Source: an uncultured Actinomycetes bacterium (GTDB lineage Bacteria; Actinomycetota; Thermoleophilia; Gaiellales; JAICJC01). From it: a DNA stretch of 64,000 nucleotides. Below the pieces are notes generated by a model that saw only the letters and a list, made by a program, of their open reading frames with translations, did not search any database and was not told the origin of the DNA. The DNA lies in NCBI GenBank assembly GCA_963843705.1, contig CAWJLQ010000006.1:9843-73842 (forward strand), read 5' to 3'. Made by a program: the position numbers and the translations under genes. Of this stretch, positions 1-8,556 are shown one piece after another. Each line of letters begins with the position of its first letter. The stretch's first letter is position 1.

Positions 1-2
1 GC

Positions 3-254
3 AGGCTGGCGGCGCTCCTTCGGCCCGACGGGTGGGTTGTCATCGAGGCGACGAACATCCGCGCGGGCGGCGGGGTCACGACGCTCGCCTGGGACATCGC
101 CCGGGCCGTCGGCGAGATCCTGCCCTTCGCCGGCGAGGTCGTCGTCGAGTGTGCGCCGACCTCCCCGTACGGCTACGACCACAGCTACTGCCTGCTGTTC
201 GGCGCCGAGGGGACGCCGCCCGCGGAGGCGCCGCTGTCCACCGTCAGCATGTGA
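3..254 (+). CDS. C-terminal fragment of a protein entering from upstream of the window (possibly methyltransferase-like)
   Basis: The frame is open from the window edge to TGA 252-254. The translation RLAALLRPDGWVVIEATNIRAGGGVTTLAWDIARAVGEILPFAGEVVVECAPTSPYGYDHSYCLLFG... has normal composition, unlike the Arg/Pro-rich alternative frames. The family call is weak. Confidence 0.4.
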   Translation, partial: RLAALLRPDGWVVIEATNIRAGGGVTTLAWDIARAVGEILPFAGEVVVECAPTSPYGYDHSYCLLFGAEGTPPAEAPLSTVSM

Positions 255-307
255 CACTTGGCGCCGCAGGCACGCGCCGCCCGCCGCCGCGCCGGCCCGA
301 TCGCCGC

Positions 308-1330
308 CTACGCCACGCGCGTCGCGCCGTCGTAATGCTCGGCGTACCAGCCGCCCGCGAGGCTGGAGATGCGGACGTGGTCGCCGGTGTGGGGCGCGTG
401 GATGAAGCGGCCGCCGCCGACGTAGATGCCGACGTGGTCGAGGCCGTCGAAGAACACGAGGTCGCCGCGGCGCAGGTCGTGGAGGGCGACGTGGCGGCCG
501 TCGCGGTACTGGGCGGCGGCGAAGTGCGGCAGCTCGACGCCGAGCTGCGCGTAGACGTACATGACGAGCCCCGAGCAATCGAAGCCGCTCGGGCCGGCGC
601 CGCCCCACACATAGGGCACGCCCAGGTAGCGCTCGGCGATCGCGACGGCGCGGGCGCCGATGGGCGCGCGCCGGGGCGCCGCGGCGGTGTGCCGGTGATG
701 CTCCACCGGGCCGCGCCGGCGCAGGGCGGCGAGGGTGTGGTCGCCGACCTGGCCGTCGACGACGAGCCCGTGGTGGGCCTGGAACGCGCGCACGGCGGCG
801 AGCGTAATCGGGCCGAAGTCGCCGTCGGCGGTGACGCCGAGCAGGCGCTGGACGGCGGCGACCGCGGGCCCGGTCGAGCCCTCGCGCACGACCGCCTCGC
901 CGGTGAACCCACGCCACTCCGCCTCGAGCGCCGCCCAGGTGTGGGTGCCGACCTGGCCGTCGACGAGCAGCCCGTGCTCGGCCTGGAACTGCCGCACCGC
1001 CCGCAGCGTCGCCTTGCCGAAGTGGCCGTCGGCGCGCACGCCGAGCAGCCGCTGCAGGTGTGTGACGTCGTGCCCGGTCGCGCCGAGGCGCAGGATGCGT
1101 CCGTCGCGCGCCCGCTTGCCGGACTTCGCCGCCGCCGTGGCCGCGGCCGGCGCGGCGAGCGACGTCGCGTTGGCGCCGACGGCGGTCGCGGCCACGGCCA
1201 GGGGAACGGTGATCCGCTTGACCGTGCGCCGGTGCCGGGCCGCCGCCCGGCGCCGCAGCGCCCGGTCCTGGGAGTAGCGCCACAGGTCCTCGGAGGCGAG
1301 GTCGCGTGAAGGAGTGCTCGTGCTCGTCAT
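308..1330 (-). CDS. NlpC/P60 (C40) cell-wall endopeptidase with two PG_binding_1 repeats
   Basis: The C-terminus has YLGVPYVWGGAGPSGFDCSGLVMYVY ... GDLVFF ... HVGIYVGGGRFIHAPHTG, the Cys/His NlpC-P60 signature. There are two LQRLLGV.ADG.FG..TL.AVR.FQ..HGL.VDGQVG repeats and an N-terminal hydrophobic anchor. ATG 1330 is preferred; in-frame GTG 1351 is an alternative. Confidence 0.9.
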   Translation of the reverse strand: MTSTSTPSRDLASEDLWRYSQDRALRRRAAARHRRTVKRITVPLAVAATAVGANATSLAAPAAATAAAKSGKRARDGRILRLGATGHDVTHLQRLLGVRADGHFGKATLRAVRQFQAEHGLLVDGQVGTHTWAALEAEWRGFTGEAVVREGSTGPAVAAVQRLLGVTADGDFGPITLAAVRAFQAHHGLVVDGQVGDHTLAALRRRGPVEHHRHTAAAPRRAPIGARAVAIAERYLGVPYVWGGAGPSGFDCSGLVMYVYAQLGVELPHFAAAQYRDGRHVALHDLRRGDLVFFDGLDHVGIYVGGGRFIHAPHTGDHVRISSLAGGWYAEHYDGATRVA

Positions 1331-1627
1331 CGTCCCCCCGGCGTGACTCACCTGGCAGACGCTACCGATTCCGCGGCGGATGGGTGTTAGCGAAGTGTTC
1401 GGAGCGACGTCCGGCGGCCTCGATAGGGTGGCCGGGTGGGCCGAGTCGACCCTTCAGCCGAGCCGCGCCGGGCGGTCGTGGCGTGTCCGGCCGCCGTCCC
1501 GGGAGCCGGGGGCGAGCCGTGCCCGCGCTGCTCGGCGACGATGATCTGGACGAAGGCCTCGTGGCACTGCCTGGCCTGCCGCTACAAGGAGGGGTGCTGC
1601 TGAGCGGTCCACGTCCGCCCTGCCGCC

Positions 1628-3028
1628 TCAGGCCTCCTGGAAGCCGGTGCGGCGCATCGCGCCCCAGCCCCGCTTGCGCCGCGCGATGTCGTACACCCCG
1701 GCGAGCCGGTAGAAGTCGATCAGCTGCCGGAACCACATGTTCTCGAACACCGCCAGGACCATCATCCGGCCCAGGTCGCGGGCCCGGCGGTAGTTGCGGT
1801 AGCCCTGCTCCTCGAGGCCGCACGCCACCAGCGTGACGAGCGAGCCGAGCACCCACGAGCACAGGATGAACGCCGCCACGAGGTGCCAGCTGACGATGCC
1901 GAGGGCGAGGCCGATCGGGAACGCGACCCAGGCGGCGAGTTCCATCAGCGGGCCGCAGAACTCGAACACGAGGAAGTAGGGCAGGGCGACCATGCCCGGC
2001 GCGCCGTAGCGGCGGCGCAGGAGCATGCCCCTGTGCCGCCACAGGCACTCCCACAGGCCGCGGTGCCAGCGGCGGCGCTGGCGGCCGAGGCTGCCCATGT
2101 CCGACGGCACCTCCGTCCAGCACACGGGGTCGGGGGAGTAGGTGATGCGGTAGGGGCGGCGCTGCTCGCGCATGTGCTTGTGCAGGCGGACGGTCAGCTC
2201 GAGATCCTCGCCGACGGTGTCGGTCCAGTAGCCCCCGACCTCGTCGATGACGTCGCGGCGGAAGAGGCCGAAGGCCCCCGACACGATCACGAGCGCACCG
2301 ATCGCGTCCCACGCGACCCGGCCGAAGAGGAAGGCGCGCAGGTACTCGATCACCTGGTACGCCGCCAGCCGGCCCGCCGGCAGGCGCGCCTCCATCACCC
2401 GGCCGGACTCGACCCGGCAGGAGTTGCCGACGCGGATCGTGCCGCCCACGGCGATCACGCGCTCGGGATCCTCGAGCACCGGACGCACCATGACGGAGAG
2501 CCCCTGGGGGTCGATGATCGAGTCGGCGTCGGTGATGATCACGTACGGGTGCCGGGCGACGTCGAGGCCGGCGTTCAGAGCGTCGGCGCGGCCGCCGTTC
2601 TGCTTGCGGATCAGGGTGACGTCGTGGGGGACGGCGCCGCGGTACATCTCGCTCACCGGCGCGTACTCGAGCTTCCCGCGCGGCGCGGGCGTCACCCGGC
2701 GCAGGTCGTAGGCGTCGATCAGCGTCTGCGCCGTCGCGTCGGTCGACCCGTCGTCCACGACGACGACCTCGAACAGCGAGTAGTGCTGGGCGAGCAGCGA
2801 CGCCACCGACTCGAGGATCACCGTCTCCTCGTTGAACGCCGGCACGATGATCGAGATGCCGGGGGTGAGCGGCGACGCGAACGCCTCCTCGTGCCAGGCC
2901 CAGTTGCGGCGCCGGATGGTGCGCGTCATCCCGCGCCGCGCCAGCGGCCACAGGAGCAGGTACGAGAGGTTGAGCGCGAGCGCGTAGACGGTCGACGCGA
3001 GCCCGACGACCTCGACCGCCGTCCTCAC
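1628..3028 (-). CDS. Processive family-2 glycosyltransferase (PgaC/cellulose-synthase-like exopolysaccharide synthase)
   Basis: GT2 core motifs are IIVPAFNEE, VVVVDDGSTD, ITDADS and VGEDLELT. The Q-x-x-R-W processivity motif is present (GRQRRRWHRGL), followed by C-terminal TM helices. GTG 3028 forms a GTGA overlap with the stop of the upstream HEAT gene. The 213-codon upstream extension of the ORF is Arg/Pro junk. Confidence 0.9.
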   Translation of the reverse strand: MRTAVEVVGLASTVYALALNLSYLLLWPLARRGMTRTIRRRNWAWHEEAFASPLTPGISIIVPAFNEETVILESVASLLAQHYSLFEVVVVDDGSTDATAQTLIDAYDLRRVTPAPRGKLEYAPVSEMYRGAVPHDVTLIRKQNGGRADALNAGLDVARHPYVIITDADSIIDPQGLSVMVRPVLEDPERVIAVGGTIRVGNSCRVESGRVMEARLPAGRLAAYQVIEYLRAFLFGRVAWDAIGALVIVSGAFGLFRRDVIDEVGGYWTDTVGEDLELTVRLHKHMREQRRPYRITYSPDPVCWTEVPSDMGSLGRQRRRWHRGLWECLWRHRGMLLRRRYGAPGMVALPYFLVFEFCGPLMELAAWVAFPIGLALGIVSWHLVAAFILCSWVLGSLVTLVACGLEEQGYRNYRRARDLGRMMVLAVFENMWFRQLIDFYRLAGVYDIARRKRGWGAMRRTGFQEA

Positions 3029-4032
3029 GCGACGCCGGCCTCGAGCAGGCTGGCGGCGTGGCGCAGCTGCGGATGTGCCTCCGGGTCGCCGCCGAGCTCG
3101 CGGACGAGTGCCGGCGCGACGGCGGAGAGGGCGCGGGCGGCCACCTCGGCCACCTCGACGGCGTCGTGGTGGACGAGGCCGAGGAGGGTGGGCGCGCTGC
3201 GGTCGTCGCCGACCGCGCCGATGGCGGCGGCGGCCGAGATGCGCACGTCGGCGATGTCGTCGGACAGGAGCTCTTCGAGCGCGTCGCCGGCGTCGTCGGC
3301 GCCCAGCCGTGCGAGCGCCTCGCAGGCGCGGCGGCGCACGAGCGGGGCGTCGTCGCCCAGGCGGTCGCGCAGCGCCAGGCTGTCGCGCGGGTTGCCGAGC
3401 CGGCCGAGCAGCTCGACGGCGTTCGCGCGGGCGGCGGGGTCGTCCTCGGAGAGCAGGTTGCGGATGCCCGGCAGCGCGGCCGCCCCGATCGCGAGCAACG
3501 CGTTCGCCGCGACCGCGCGGGGCACGAGCCCCTGCACGAGCGCGTAGAGGAGCGGGCCGGCGGCGGTGCGTGGGCGCAGGCGGCCGAGGCTGCGCGCGGC
3601 GGCCAGCCGGACGTCGGGGTCGCGGTCGTTCAGGGCCTGCATCAGCGGCACCTCGGCGAGCGGGCTGCACATGTCGCCGAGCAGGGCGGCGTGCTCGGCG
3701 CGGCGATGCGCGCGCGGGTCGGCCAGCCTGCGGCTGACGCGCGTGACGGCGCCGCTCGCCTCGAAGTGGTCGGCGATCGCCTCGCGGGCCTCGCCGGTCA
3801 GTGCCGGGGCCAGGTCGGCGAGGATCTCGGTGAGGGCGTGCTCGTCGCGGCGGGCGGCCGTCCCGGCCGGCTCGCCGTCCAGGAGCGCGTGCGCGAGCGG
3901 CTCGAGGCGGGCGCGGGCCTGGGCGCGCGCCTCCTGTGCGCGGACGGCGTGGGCTCGCCGCGCCCAGAGCAGGAGGGAGTACATCACCCCGAGTGCGATC
4001 ACGGAGAGGGCGAATTCGATGGGGGCCGCCAT
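3025..4032 (-). CDS. Membrane-anchored HEAT-repeat protein
   Basis: An N-terminal TM helix (FALSVIALGVMYSLLLW) is followed by repeated HEAT/PBS-lyase-type units: DRDPDVRLAAARSLGRL, EDDPAARANAVELLGRLG, DDAPLVRRRACEALARLG, DDIADVRISAAAAIGAVG. Confidence 0.85.
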   Translation of the reverse strand: MAAPIEFALSVIALGVMYSLLLWARRAHAVRAQEARAQARARLEPLAHALLDGEPAGTAARRDEHALTEILADLAPALTGEAREAIADHFEASGAVTRVSRRLADPRAHRRAEHAALLGDMCSPLAEVPLMQALNDRDPDVRLAAARSLGRLRPRTAAGPLLYALVQGLVPRAVAANALLAIGAAALPGIRNLLSEDDPAARANAVELLGRLGNPRDSLALRDRLGDDAPLVRRRACEALARLGADDAGDALEELLSDDIADVRISAAAAIGAVGDDRSAPTLLGLVHHDAVEVAEVAARALSAVAPALVRELGGDPEAHPQLRHAASLLEAGVA

Positions 4033-4122
4033 GCTTGGGCCTCTATCGACCCTCCCGCCGGGGATCCGCCCACGATTCGGGGGATTCGCCCTCCCCCAAT
4101 TCGGGGAGTCTTGCGCCGATCA

Positions 4123-4150
4123 ACTAATCATGTTAGTGTAAAGACTAATC
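4123..4150. promoter_or_regulatory. Candidate TetR operator in the divergent promoter region
   Basis: This is an AT-rich patch in an otherwise GC-rich intergenic region. It holds the palindrome ACTAA-TCATG-TTAGT (4123-4137) and a second ACTAATC copy (4144-4150), 28-55 nt upstream of the MBL-TetR operon start. Confidence 0.4.
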
Positions 4151-4177
4151 TCACAAGCAACGCAAGGAGCGGCCCCG

Positions 4178-4876
4178 ATGCGCGAACACACCGAATCCAC
4201 CACCCTCAGCCGGCTGACACGCCTTGGCTTCGTGAACGCCTACCTCGTGCGCGAGGAGGATGGTCTCACCCTCGTCGACACGATGTTCGCGGGCAGCGCG
4301 GACGGCATCCTGGCGGCGGCCGGGCGCGTCGGCGCGCCGATCGCCCGCATCGTCCTCACCCACGGCCACAGTGACCACGCCGGCTCCCTCGACGCGCTGG
4401 CGGAGCGCCTGCCGGGCGTCGAGATCGCCGTCTCCACGCGCGAGGCGCGGCTCATGGCCGGCGACCGGTCCCTGGGCGCAGACGAGCCCGCGGCGAAGCT
4501 GCGCGGCGGCTGGCCCAAGGTGGCCGCCCGTCCGACCCGTCTGCTGGACGACGGGGATCGGGTCGGCTCGCTGCGGGTCGTCGCGGCGCCCGGGCACACG
4601 CCGGGGCACATCGCCCTCCTCGACGAGCGCGACCGCACGCTGATCGCGGGGGATGCGTTCTCGACGCTCGGCGGCACCTCGACGACGGGCCGCGTGAATC
4701 CGCGCTTCCCGCTCGCGGGCATGTCGACCTGGGATCGCGGCACCGCGAACCGCACGGCGGCGACGCTGGGCGGGCTCGACCCGGCCGTCCTGGCCGTCGG
4801 CCACGGCCGCGTGGTGCGGAATCCGGCGGCGGCGATCGACCGCGCGCTCGCGGCGGTCGGGGCCGGGGGCCGCTGA
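4178..4876 (+). CDS. MBL-fold metallo-hydrolase
   Basis: Contains the HxHxDH motif (LTHGHSDHAG) and a downstream APGHTPGH. Length is 232 aa. Confidence 0.9.
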   Translation: MREHTESTTLSRLTRLGFVNAYLVREEDGLTLVDTMFAGSADGILAAAGRVGAPIARIVLTHGHSDHAGSLDALAERLPGVEIAVSTREARLMAGDRSLGADEPAAKLRGGWPKVAARPTRLLDDGDRVGSLRVVAAPGHTPGHIALLDERDRTLIAGDAFSTLGGTSTTGRVNPRFPLAGMSTWDRGTANRTAATLGGLDPAVLAVGHGRVVRNPAAAIDRALAAVGAGGR

Positions 4877-5430
4877 TGCGGCGCGGGCTGACGCCGGCCG
4901 CGGTCGCCGAGACCGCGGGCCGGCTCGCCGACCGCGACGGCTTCGACGCCCTCACCCTGGGTGCGGTGGCTGCGGAGCTCGGCGTGCGCACCCCTTCGCT
5001 CTACAACCACGTCGACGGGCTCGGGGGGCTGCGCCGCGCGCTCGCCCTGCGCGGCCTCGGCGAGCTCGGCGACGCGATTCGCGACGCCGCCGTGGGGCGG
5101 TCGGGGGACGACGCCGTGGTCGCCCTCGCCGACGCCTACCGGGCCTTCGCCCGCCGCCGGCCCGGCCTCTATGCCGCCGTGCAGCGGGCGGCCGACCCGG
5201 GCGATGCGGAGGTTGAGTCCGAGGCGGCCCGCCTGCTTGGCCCCGTCCTCGCCGTTCTGCGCGGCTTCGGGCTCCAGGGCGACGAGACGATCCATGCCGC
5301 CCGTGCGCTGCGCAGCACGATGCACGGGTTCGTCGACCTCGAGTCGAGGGGGGGATTCGGGATCGACCTTGACCTTGACGAGAGCTACCGCCGGTCCGTG
5401 CTGGCCGTCGCCGCCGGGCTGCGCAGCTGA
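4876..5430 (+). CDS. TetR/AcrR family transcriptional regulator
   Basis: N-terminal HTH is LTLGAVAAELGVRTPSLYNHV, followed by a helical C-terminal ligand domain. The ATG shares one base with the MBL TGA (TGATG), indicating translational coupling. Confidence 0.9.
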   Translation: MRRGLTPAAVAETAGRLADRDGFDALTLGAVAAELGVRTPSLYNHVDGLGGLRRALALRGLGELGDAIRDAAVGRSGDDAVVALADAYRAFARRRPGLYAAVQRAADPGDAEVESEAARLLGPVLAVLRGFGLQGDETIHAARALRSTMHGFVDLESRGGFGIDLDLDESYRRSVLAVAAGLRS

Positions 5431-5500
5431 TTCCAGAGATTTCCAGCAGCCGGCGTCCCGGGGGGTTGAGCGCCGGCCGTCCCGCCCGTACCGTGGAGCT

Positions 5501-5863
5501 GTGAACGCCGACCTCCAGCTGTCCGTGGCGCCGACCGCCCACACCGCCGATGCCGTCCGGCTCCTGCGGGCCGCGCGCAGGCAGGTGCCCTGCGCGGGCT
5601 CGCTGTGCGCGGCGGTCGACCTGGCCGATCGCGACGGCGCCCTCGCCGGAGAGGTGTATGCCGAGTGCATCGCCGCGCTCGATGTCGGCGCACGTGTGTT
5701 CGGCTACGACCACGCCACGGAGATCGGCGCCCACACGGACGACGCGGCGCTCGTCGTCGATGTCGCCGTCTACAACCTCACCGGCTCCGCGGGCGACATC
5801 CCTGCGGCGCTGATCGCCTTCCGTCGCGCGGCCGGGCCGCTGCTCGAGCCGACGCGCCACTGA
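5501..5863 (+). CDS. Hypothetical protein (120 aa)
   Basis: GTG 5501 is preceded by GGAG. The translation VNADLQLSVAPTAHTADAVRLL...VYNLTGSAGDIPAALIAFRRAAGPLLEPTRH has ordinary composition. I recognise no family. Confidence 0.35.
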   Translation: MNADLQLSVAPTAHTADAVRLLRAARRQVPCAGSLCAAVDLADRDGALAGEVYAECIAALDVGARVFGYDHATEIGAHTDDAALVVDVAVYNLTGSAGDIPAALIAFRRAAGPLLEPTRH

Positions 5864-5872
5864 CCGTCCCGG

Positions 5873-5932
5873 CCGGATGCTCGAGGGGAGGGCCGCCCGC
5901 GCCGTTCGCGCGGTGCGGCCCTCCCCATCCGG
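5873..5932. terminator. Bidirectional hairpin terminator between convergent genes
   Basis: Perfect 12-bp arms GGGGAGGGCCGC (5885-5896) and GCGGCCCTCCCC (5915-5926) are extended by CCGGATG / CATCCGG. Confidence 0.6.
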
Positions 5933-5942
5933 CTGCCTGGAT

Positions 5943-7010
5943 CTAGCGCACGTGGCGCAGCTCGCCCAGCAGGCCGTGCGATTCGTCGTCCGGCCCGGCG
6001 CTGAAGAGCAGCGCGTTGCGCGCGCCGGTGACGCCGTTTCCGAAGCGCAGGCCCCACAGGCCGTCGATCACGACCGGGCCGCCGTGCGGGCGCCGCAGCG
6101 TTCCCAGCATGCGCCCCGTGTGGATGTCGTACGCGTGGATGCGCCCGTCGCCGAAGTTGCCGACGAGGAGCGCGCCGCTGAACCGGCCGAAGTGGCGCGG
6201 CGCCTGGGCCAGCCCCCAGGGCGCGTTCAGCGCCCCGCGTGTGACGAGCCGGCGGATCAGGCGGCCGTTCGGCCAGTACACGTCGACGTAGCCCAGGTGC
6301 GGCGCGTCGACCTCGTCCGGCGCCGTCCCCTGCTTCGCGTAGCTGACGTAGATCCGGCCGCGGATCGCCTGGATGCCGAACGGCGCGAATCCGTGCGGCA
6401 GGCGCGGGTCGGTGAAGCCGCCGTGCGTGTCCACCGGGTGGAAGCGGTTGTCGAAGACATCCACGGCGCCGTTGCCGAAATCGGACGCGAACAGCCGCGG
6501 GCCGTGCCCGTGGACGCGCGCGAGCGCGAGTCCCTTGAAGATGGCATTCGGCACCGTCCACTCGGTCACGGCCGTTGTCGTGCCGGGCGCCCACGCGGCG
6601 ATCGACCCCGTCTCGGTGTCGAAGATGAAGAGCGACGGGGTCGGTGTTCCGGCGACATCCTGGGCGAAGCCCGGCGTGGGATTGAACACCTGGCCGGTCG
6701 GGTCCTCGGCCGGGACCGAGACGACGAGCGGCGCGATCGAGATCGGCGTCCCGCTCGTCGCGCCGGCGTACAGCGTGGCGACGCTCGTGCCGTTGTCCGC
6801 CACCCAGAGCGGCTTCCCCGGGCCGGCGGCGAGGCCCCAGGCGTTCACCAGGTTCGGGTCCGTCACCTGCGCCGTGCCAGGCTGGTCGGACACCAGGTTC
6901 GTCTGCCGGTATCCGTGCCCGAACGCGGTGGCCGGCACCGCCAGCACGGCGATCGCCGCGAGCGGCGCGATCGCGAGCCGGCGGCGGTGCGCGCGTCTCA
7001 TTCGCTGCAT
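5943..7010 (-). CDS. TIGR03118-family secreted beta-propeller protein
   Basis: A signal peptide (RRRLAIAPLAAIAVLAVPATAFG) is followed by YRQTNLVSDQPGTAQVTDPNLVNAWGLAAGPGKPLWVADNGTSVATLY, typical of TIGR03118/NHL-like proteins. ATG 7010 has GAGGAGGGG upstream. Confidence 0.85.
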   Translation of the reverse strand: MQRMRRAHRRRLAIAPLAAIAVLAVPATAFGHGYRQTNLVSDQPGTAQVTDPNLVNAWGLAAGPGKPLWVADNGTSVATLYAGATSGTPISIAPLVVSVPAEDPTGQVFNPTPGFAQDVAGTPTPSLFIFDTETGSIAAWAPGTTTAVTEWTVPNAIFKGLALARVHGHGPRLFASDFGNGAVDVFDNRFHPVDTHGGFTDPRLPHGFAPFGIQAIRGRIYVSYAKQGTAPDEVDAPHLGYVDVYWPNGRLIRRLVTRGALNAPWGLAQAPRHFGRFSGALLVGNFGDGRIHAYDIHTGRMLGTLRRPHGGPVVIDGLWGLRFGNGVTGARNALLFSAGPDDESHGLLGELRHVR

Positions 7011-7134
7011 CACGATTCCCCTCCTCGAGTGGTCCGGCGCCGGCGGCACCGGGGGACGGGGGCGAGTACCATCGCGGCCGGGCCTGCGGATTGTGGGCTG
7101 CGTTACGTCGGCGGATGTGGGGAGAGGAGCTGCG

Positions 7135-7755
7135 ATGAGCGAGCCGCGTGAGATCGCCGAGCGCTGTGAGCCCGTCTCCGCCCACCTGTGGCACTGGCGG
7201 ATCGCGAACTCCGCCATCGGCGGTGCGACCTCCAGCTCGCAGGCGGTGGCGGCGGGAGGCGAGGTGGTCATGATCGACCCCGTGCGGCTCGCGCCGCGGG
7301 CGCTCGCGGAGCTGCCGGCGCCGACCGCCGTCTGCCTGACGGCGAAGTGCCACCAGCGGGCGGCGTGGCGCTACCAGGAGGAGCTGCACGTGCCCGTCTG
7401 GGCGCCCGCGGGCACCGCGCCGATGGACGGCGAGCCGGAGCACCGCTACCGCGCCGGCGATCGCCTCCCGGGCGGGCTGCTGGCGGTGCACACCCCGGGG
7501 CCCGAGGACGTGCACTTCTGCTTCCTGCTCGAGGAGGGCGCCCGGGTGCTGTTCTGCTCCGACCTGCTCTCGCAGCGGCCGGGGGCGGAGCTCGACTTCG
7601 TCCCACTCGAGTACCACGACGATCCCGCCGCCACCCGGCGCAGCGTCGAGGGCCTGCTCGACCTGCGCTTCGGGATCCTCTGCCTGGACCACGGGCCGCC
7701 GGTCGTGGACGACCCGAAGGCCGCGATCCGCGCGCTGCTCGAGCGCACCGCCTAG
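7135..7755 (+). CDS. MBL-fold-like protein (degenerate metal motif)
   Basis: ATG 7135 follows GGAGAGGAG. AVHTPGPEDVHFCF...LFCSDLL...LDHGPP resembles the distal half of the MBL fold, but no canonical HxHxDH motif is seen. Confidence 0.65.
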   Translation: MSEPREIAERCEPVSAHLWHWRIANSAIGGATSSSQAVAAGGEVVMIDPVRLAPRALAELPAPTAVCLTAKCHQRAAWRYQEELHVPVWAPAGTAPMDGEPEHRYRAGDRLPGGLLAVHTPGPEDVHFCFLLEEGARVLFCSDLLSQRPGAELDFVPLEYHDDPAATRRSVEGLLDLRFGILCLDHGPPVVDDPKAAIRALLERTA

Positions 7756-8456
7756 TTCACGCGGCCCCGCAGCAGGATCTTCGTGTCGAGCCAGACGCCG
7801 GCCTCGTCCGGGGCCATGCGGTCGGCCAGCAGCTCGCGCACACGGGCGGCCGGATCGCCGGTGCAGCCCACCCGCGCCAGCCAGGCCTCGAGCGGATGTC
7901 GCTTGGGTTGGCGCGCGACCCGGTCGACGTCCAGCCCGGCGGAGGTGAGGTAGCCGCGCCACTCCGTCTCGGTGTAGGAGCGCACGTGCGTCGGGTCGCG
8001 CAGGCGCTCGGCCTCCTCGACCCGCTCGCTGGCGTAGAGCGTGTCCTCGATCACGACCAGGCGCCGGGCGACGCGGGCCATCTCGCGCACCGCCTGGGCG
8101 ACGTCGGTGAAGTGATGGGCGGCGATCCGGCAGGCGACCACGTCGAAGCTCCCATCCGCGAACGCGAGCGCCTCGGCTGCGCAGACGACGTCGGGGCGCA
8201 TGCCCGGCGCCGGGTCGCAGGTGGTGACGGCGCAGTCCGCCGCGGCCAGCCGCCGGCCGACGTGCCCGCCGCCCGTCGCGACATCGAGCGCGGTCACGCC
8301 CGCGCCGGGCTCGCACCACTCGACGAGGGCGTCGAGGTCGTCGCCCTCGCGATGTGTGGCGCTCGTGCGATACGCCTCCGCGCGCTCGTCCCAGGCGTCG
8401 CTCACACCGGCATCATTGCCGGTCACGACCGGTCGAGCCGCCGGATCGGTCCACAA
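7752..8456 (-). CDS. Class I SAM-dependent methyltransferase (Methyltransf_11-like)
   Basis: Motif I is ALDVATGGGHVG, followed by FDVVACRIAAHHF. The start is uncertain; an in-frame GTG about 30 nt downstream is possible. Confidence 0.85.
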   Translation of the reverse strand: MWTDPAARPVVTGNDAGVSDAWDERAEAYRTSATHREGDDLDALVEWCEPGAGVTALDVATGGGHVGRRLAAADCAVTTCDPAPGMRPDVVCAAEALAFADGSFDVVACRIAAHHFTDVAQAVREMARVARRLVVIEDTLYASERVEEAERLRDPTHVRSYTETEWRGYLTSAGLDVDRVARQPKRHPLEAWLARVGCTGDPAARVRELLADRMAPDEAGVWLDTKILLRGRVN

Positions 8457-8475
8457 GCACGCGCTGGTTCACACC

Positions 8476-8539
8476 GGGGTCTGACCCCGAACGCCGCCCG
8501 TTGCAGTTCTGTTGCAGATCCGTTCGGGGTCTGACCCCG
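8476..8539. repeat. Two copies of the palindromic 14-mer GGGGTCTGACCCCG embedded in a larger inverted repeat
   Basis: Copies lie at 8476-8489 and 8526-8539. The flanks GACCCCGAACG and CGTTCGGGGTC are perfectly complementary over 11 bp. The loop contains GTTGCAG twice. Confidence 0.75.
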
Positions 8540-8556
8540 GCGACGTCCGACCCCGG

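Noticed and set aside
1352-1627. A long untranslated leader upstream of the NlpC/P60 hydrolase gene. I checked it for a cyclic-di-AMP (ydaO-type) riboswitch, which often precedes such genes in Actinomycetota.
   Set aside because: On the minus strand I find only fragments reminiscent of the motif (CCGAACACTTCGCTAAC, GCGGAATCGGTAGCG). I could not lay out the pseudo-symmetric helices or the ACGGGGA/GGGGTGAATC elements. A cmsearch with RF00379 would settle it. It is not supported by eye.
3029-3670. A 213-codon N-terminal extension of the GT2 ORF.
   Set aside because: It is Arg/Pro-rich with no hydrophobic or GT motifs, and it lies entirely inside the HEAT-repeat gene in another frame. A GTGA-coupled start at 3028 explains the gene.
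5770-8319. An 849-aa ORF on the minus strand. Other giant ORFs of the same kind are 56851-59850 (999 aa), 59875-62805 (976 aa) and 24526-26619 (697 aa).
   Set aside because: The translations are overwhelmingly Arg/Pro/Gly/Ala with no motifs. They run antisense to, or out of frame with, genes that have clear family signatures. This is the typical stop-codon-poor artefact of very high-GC DNA.
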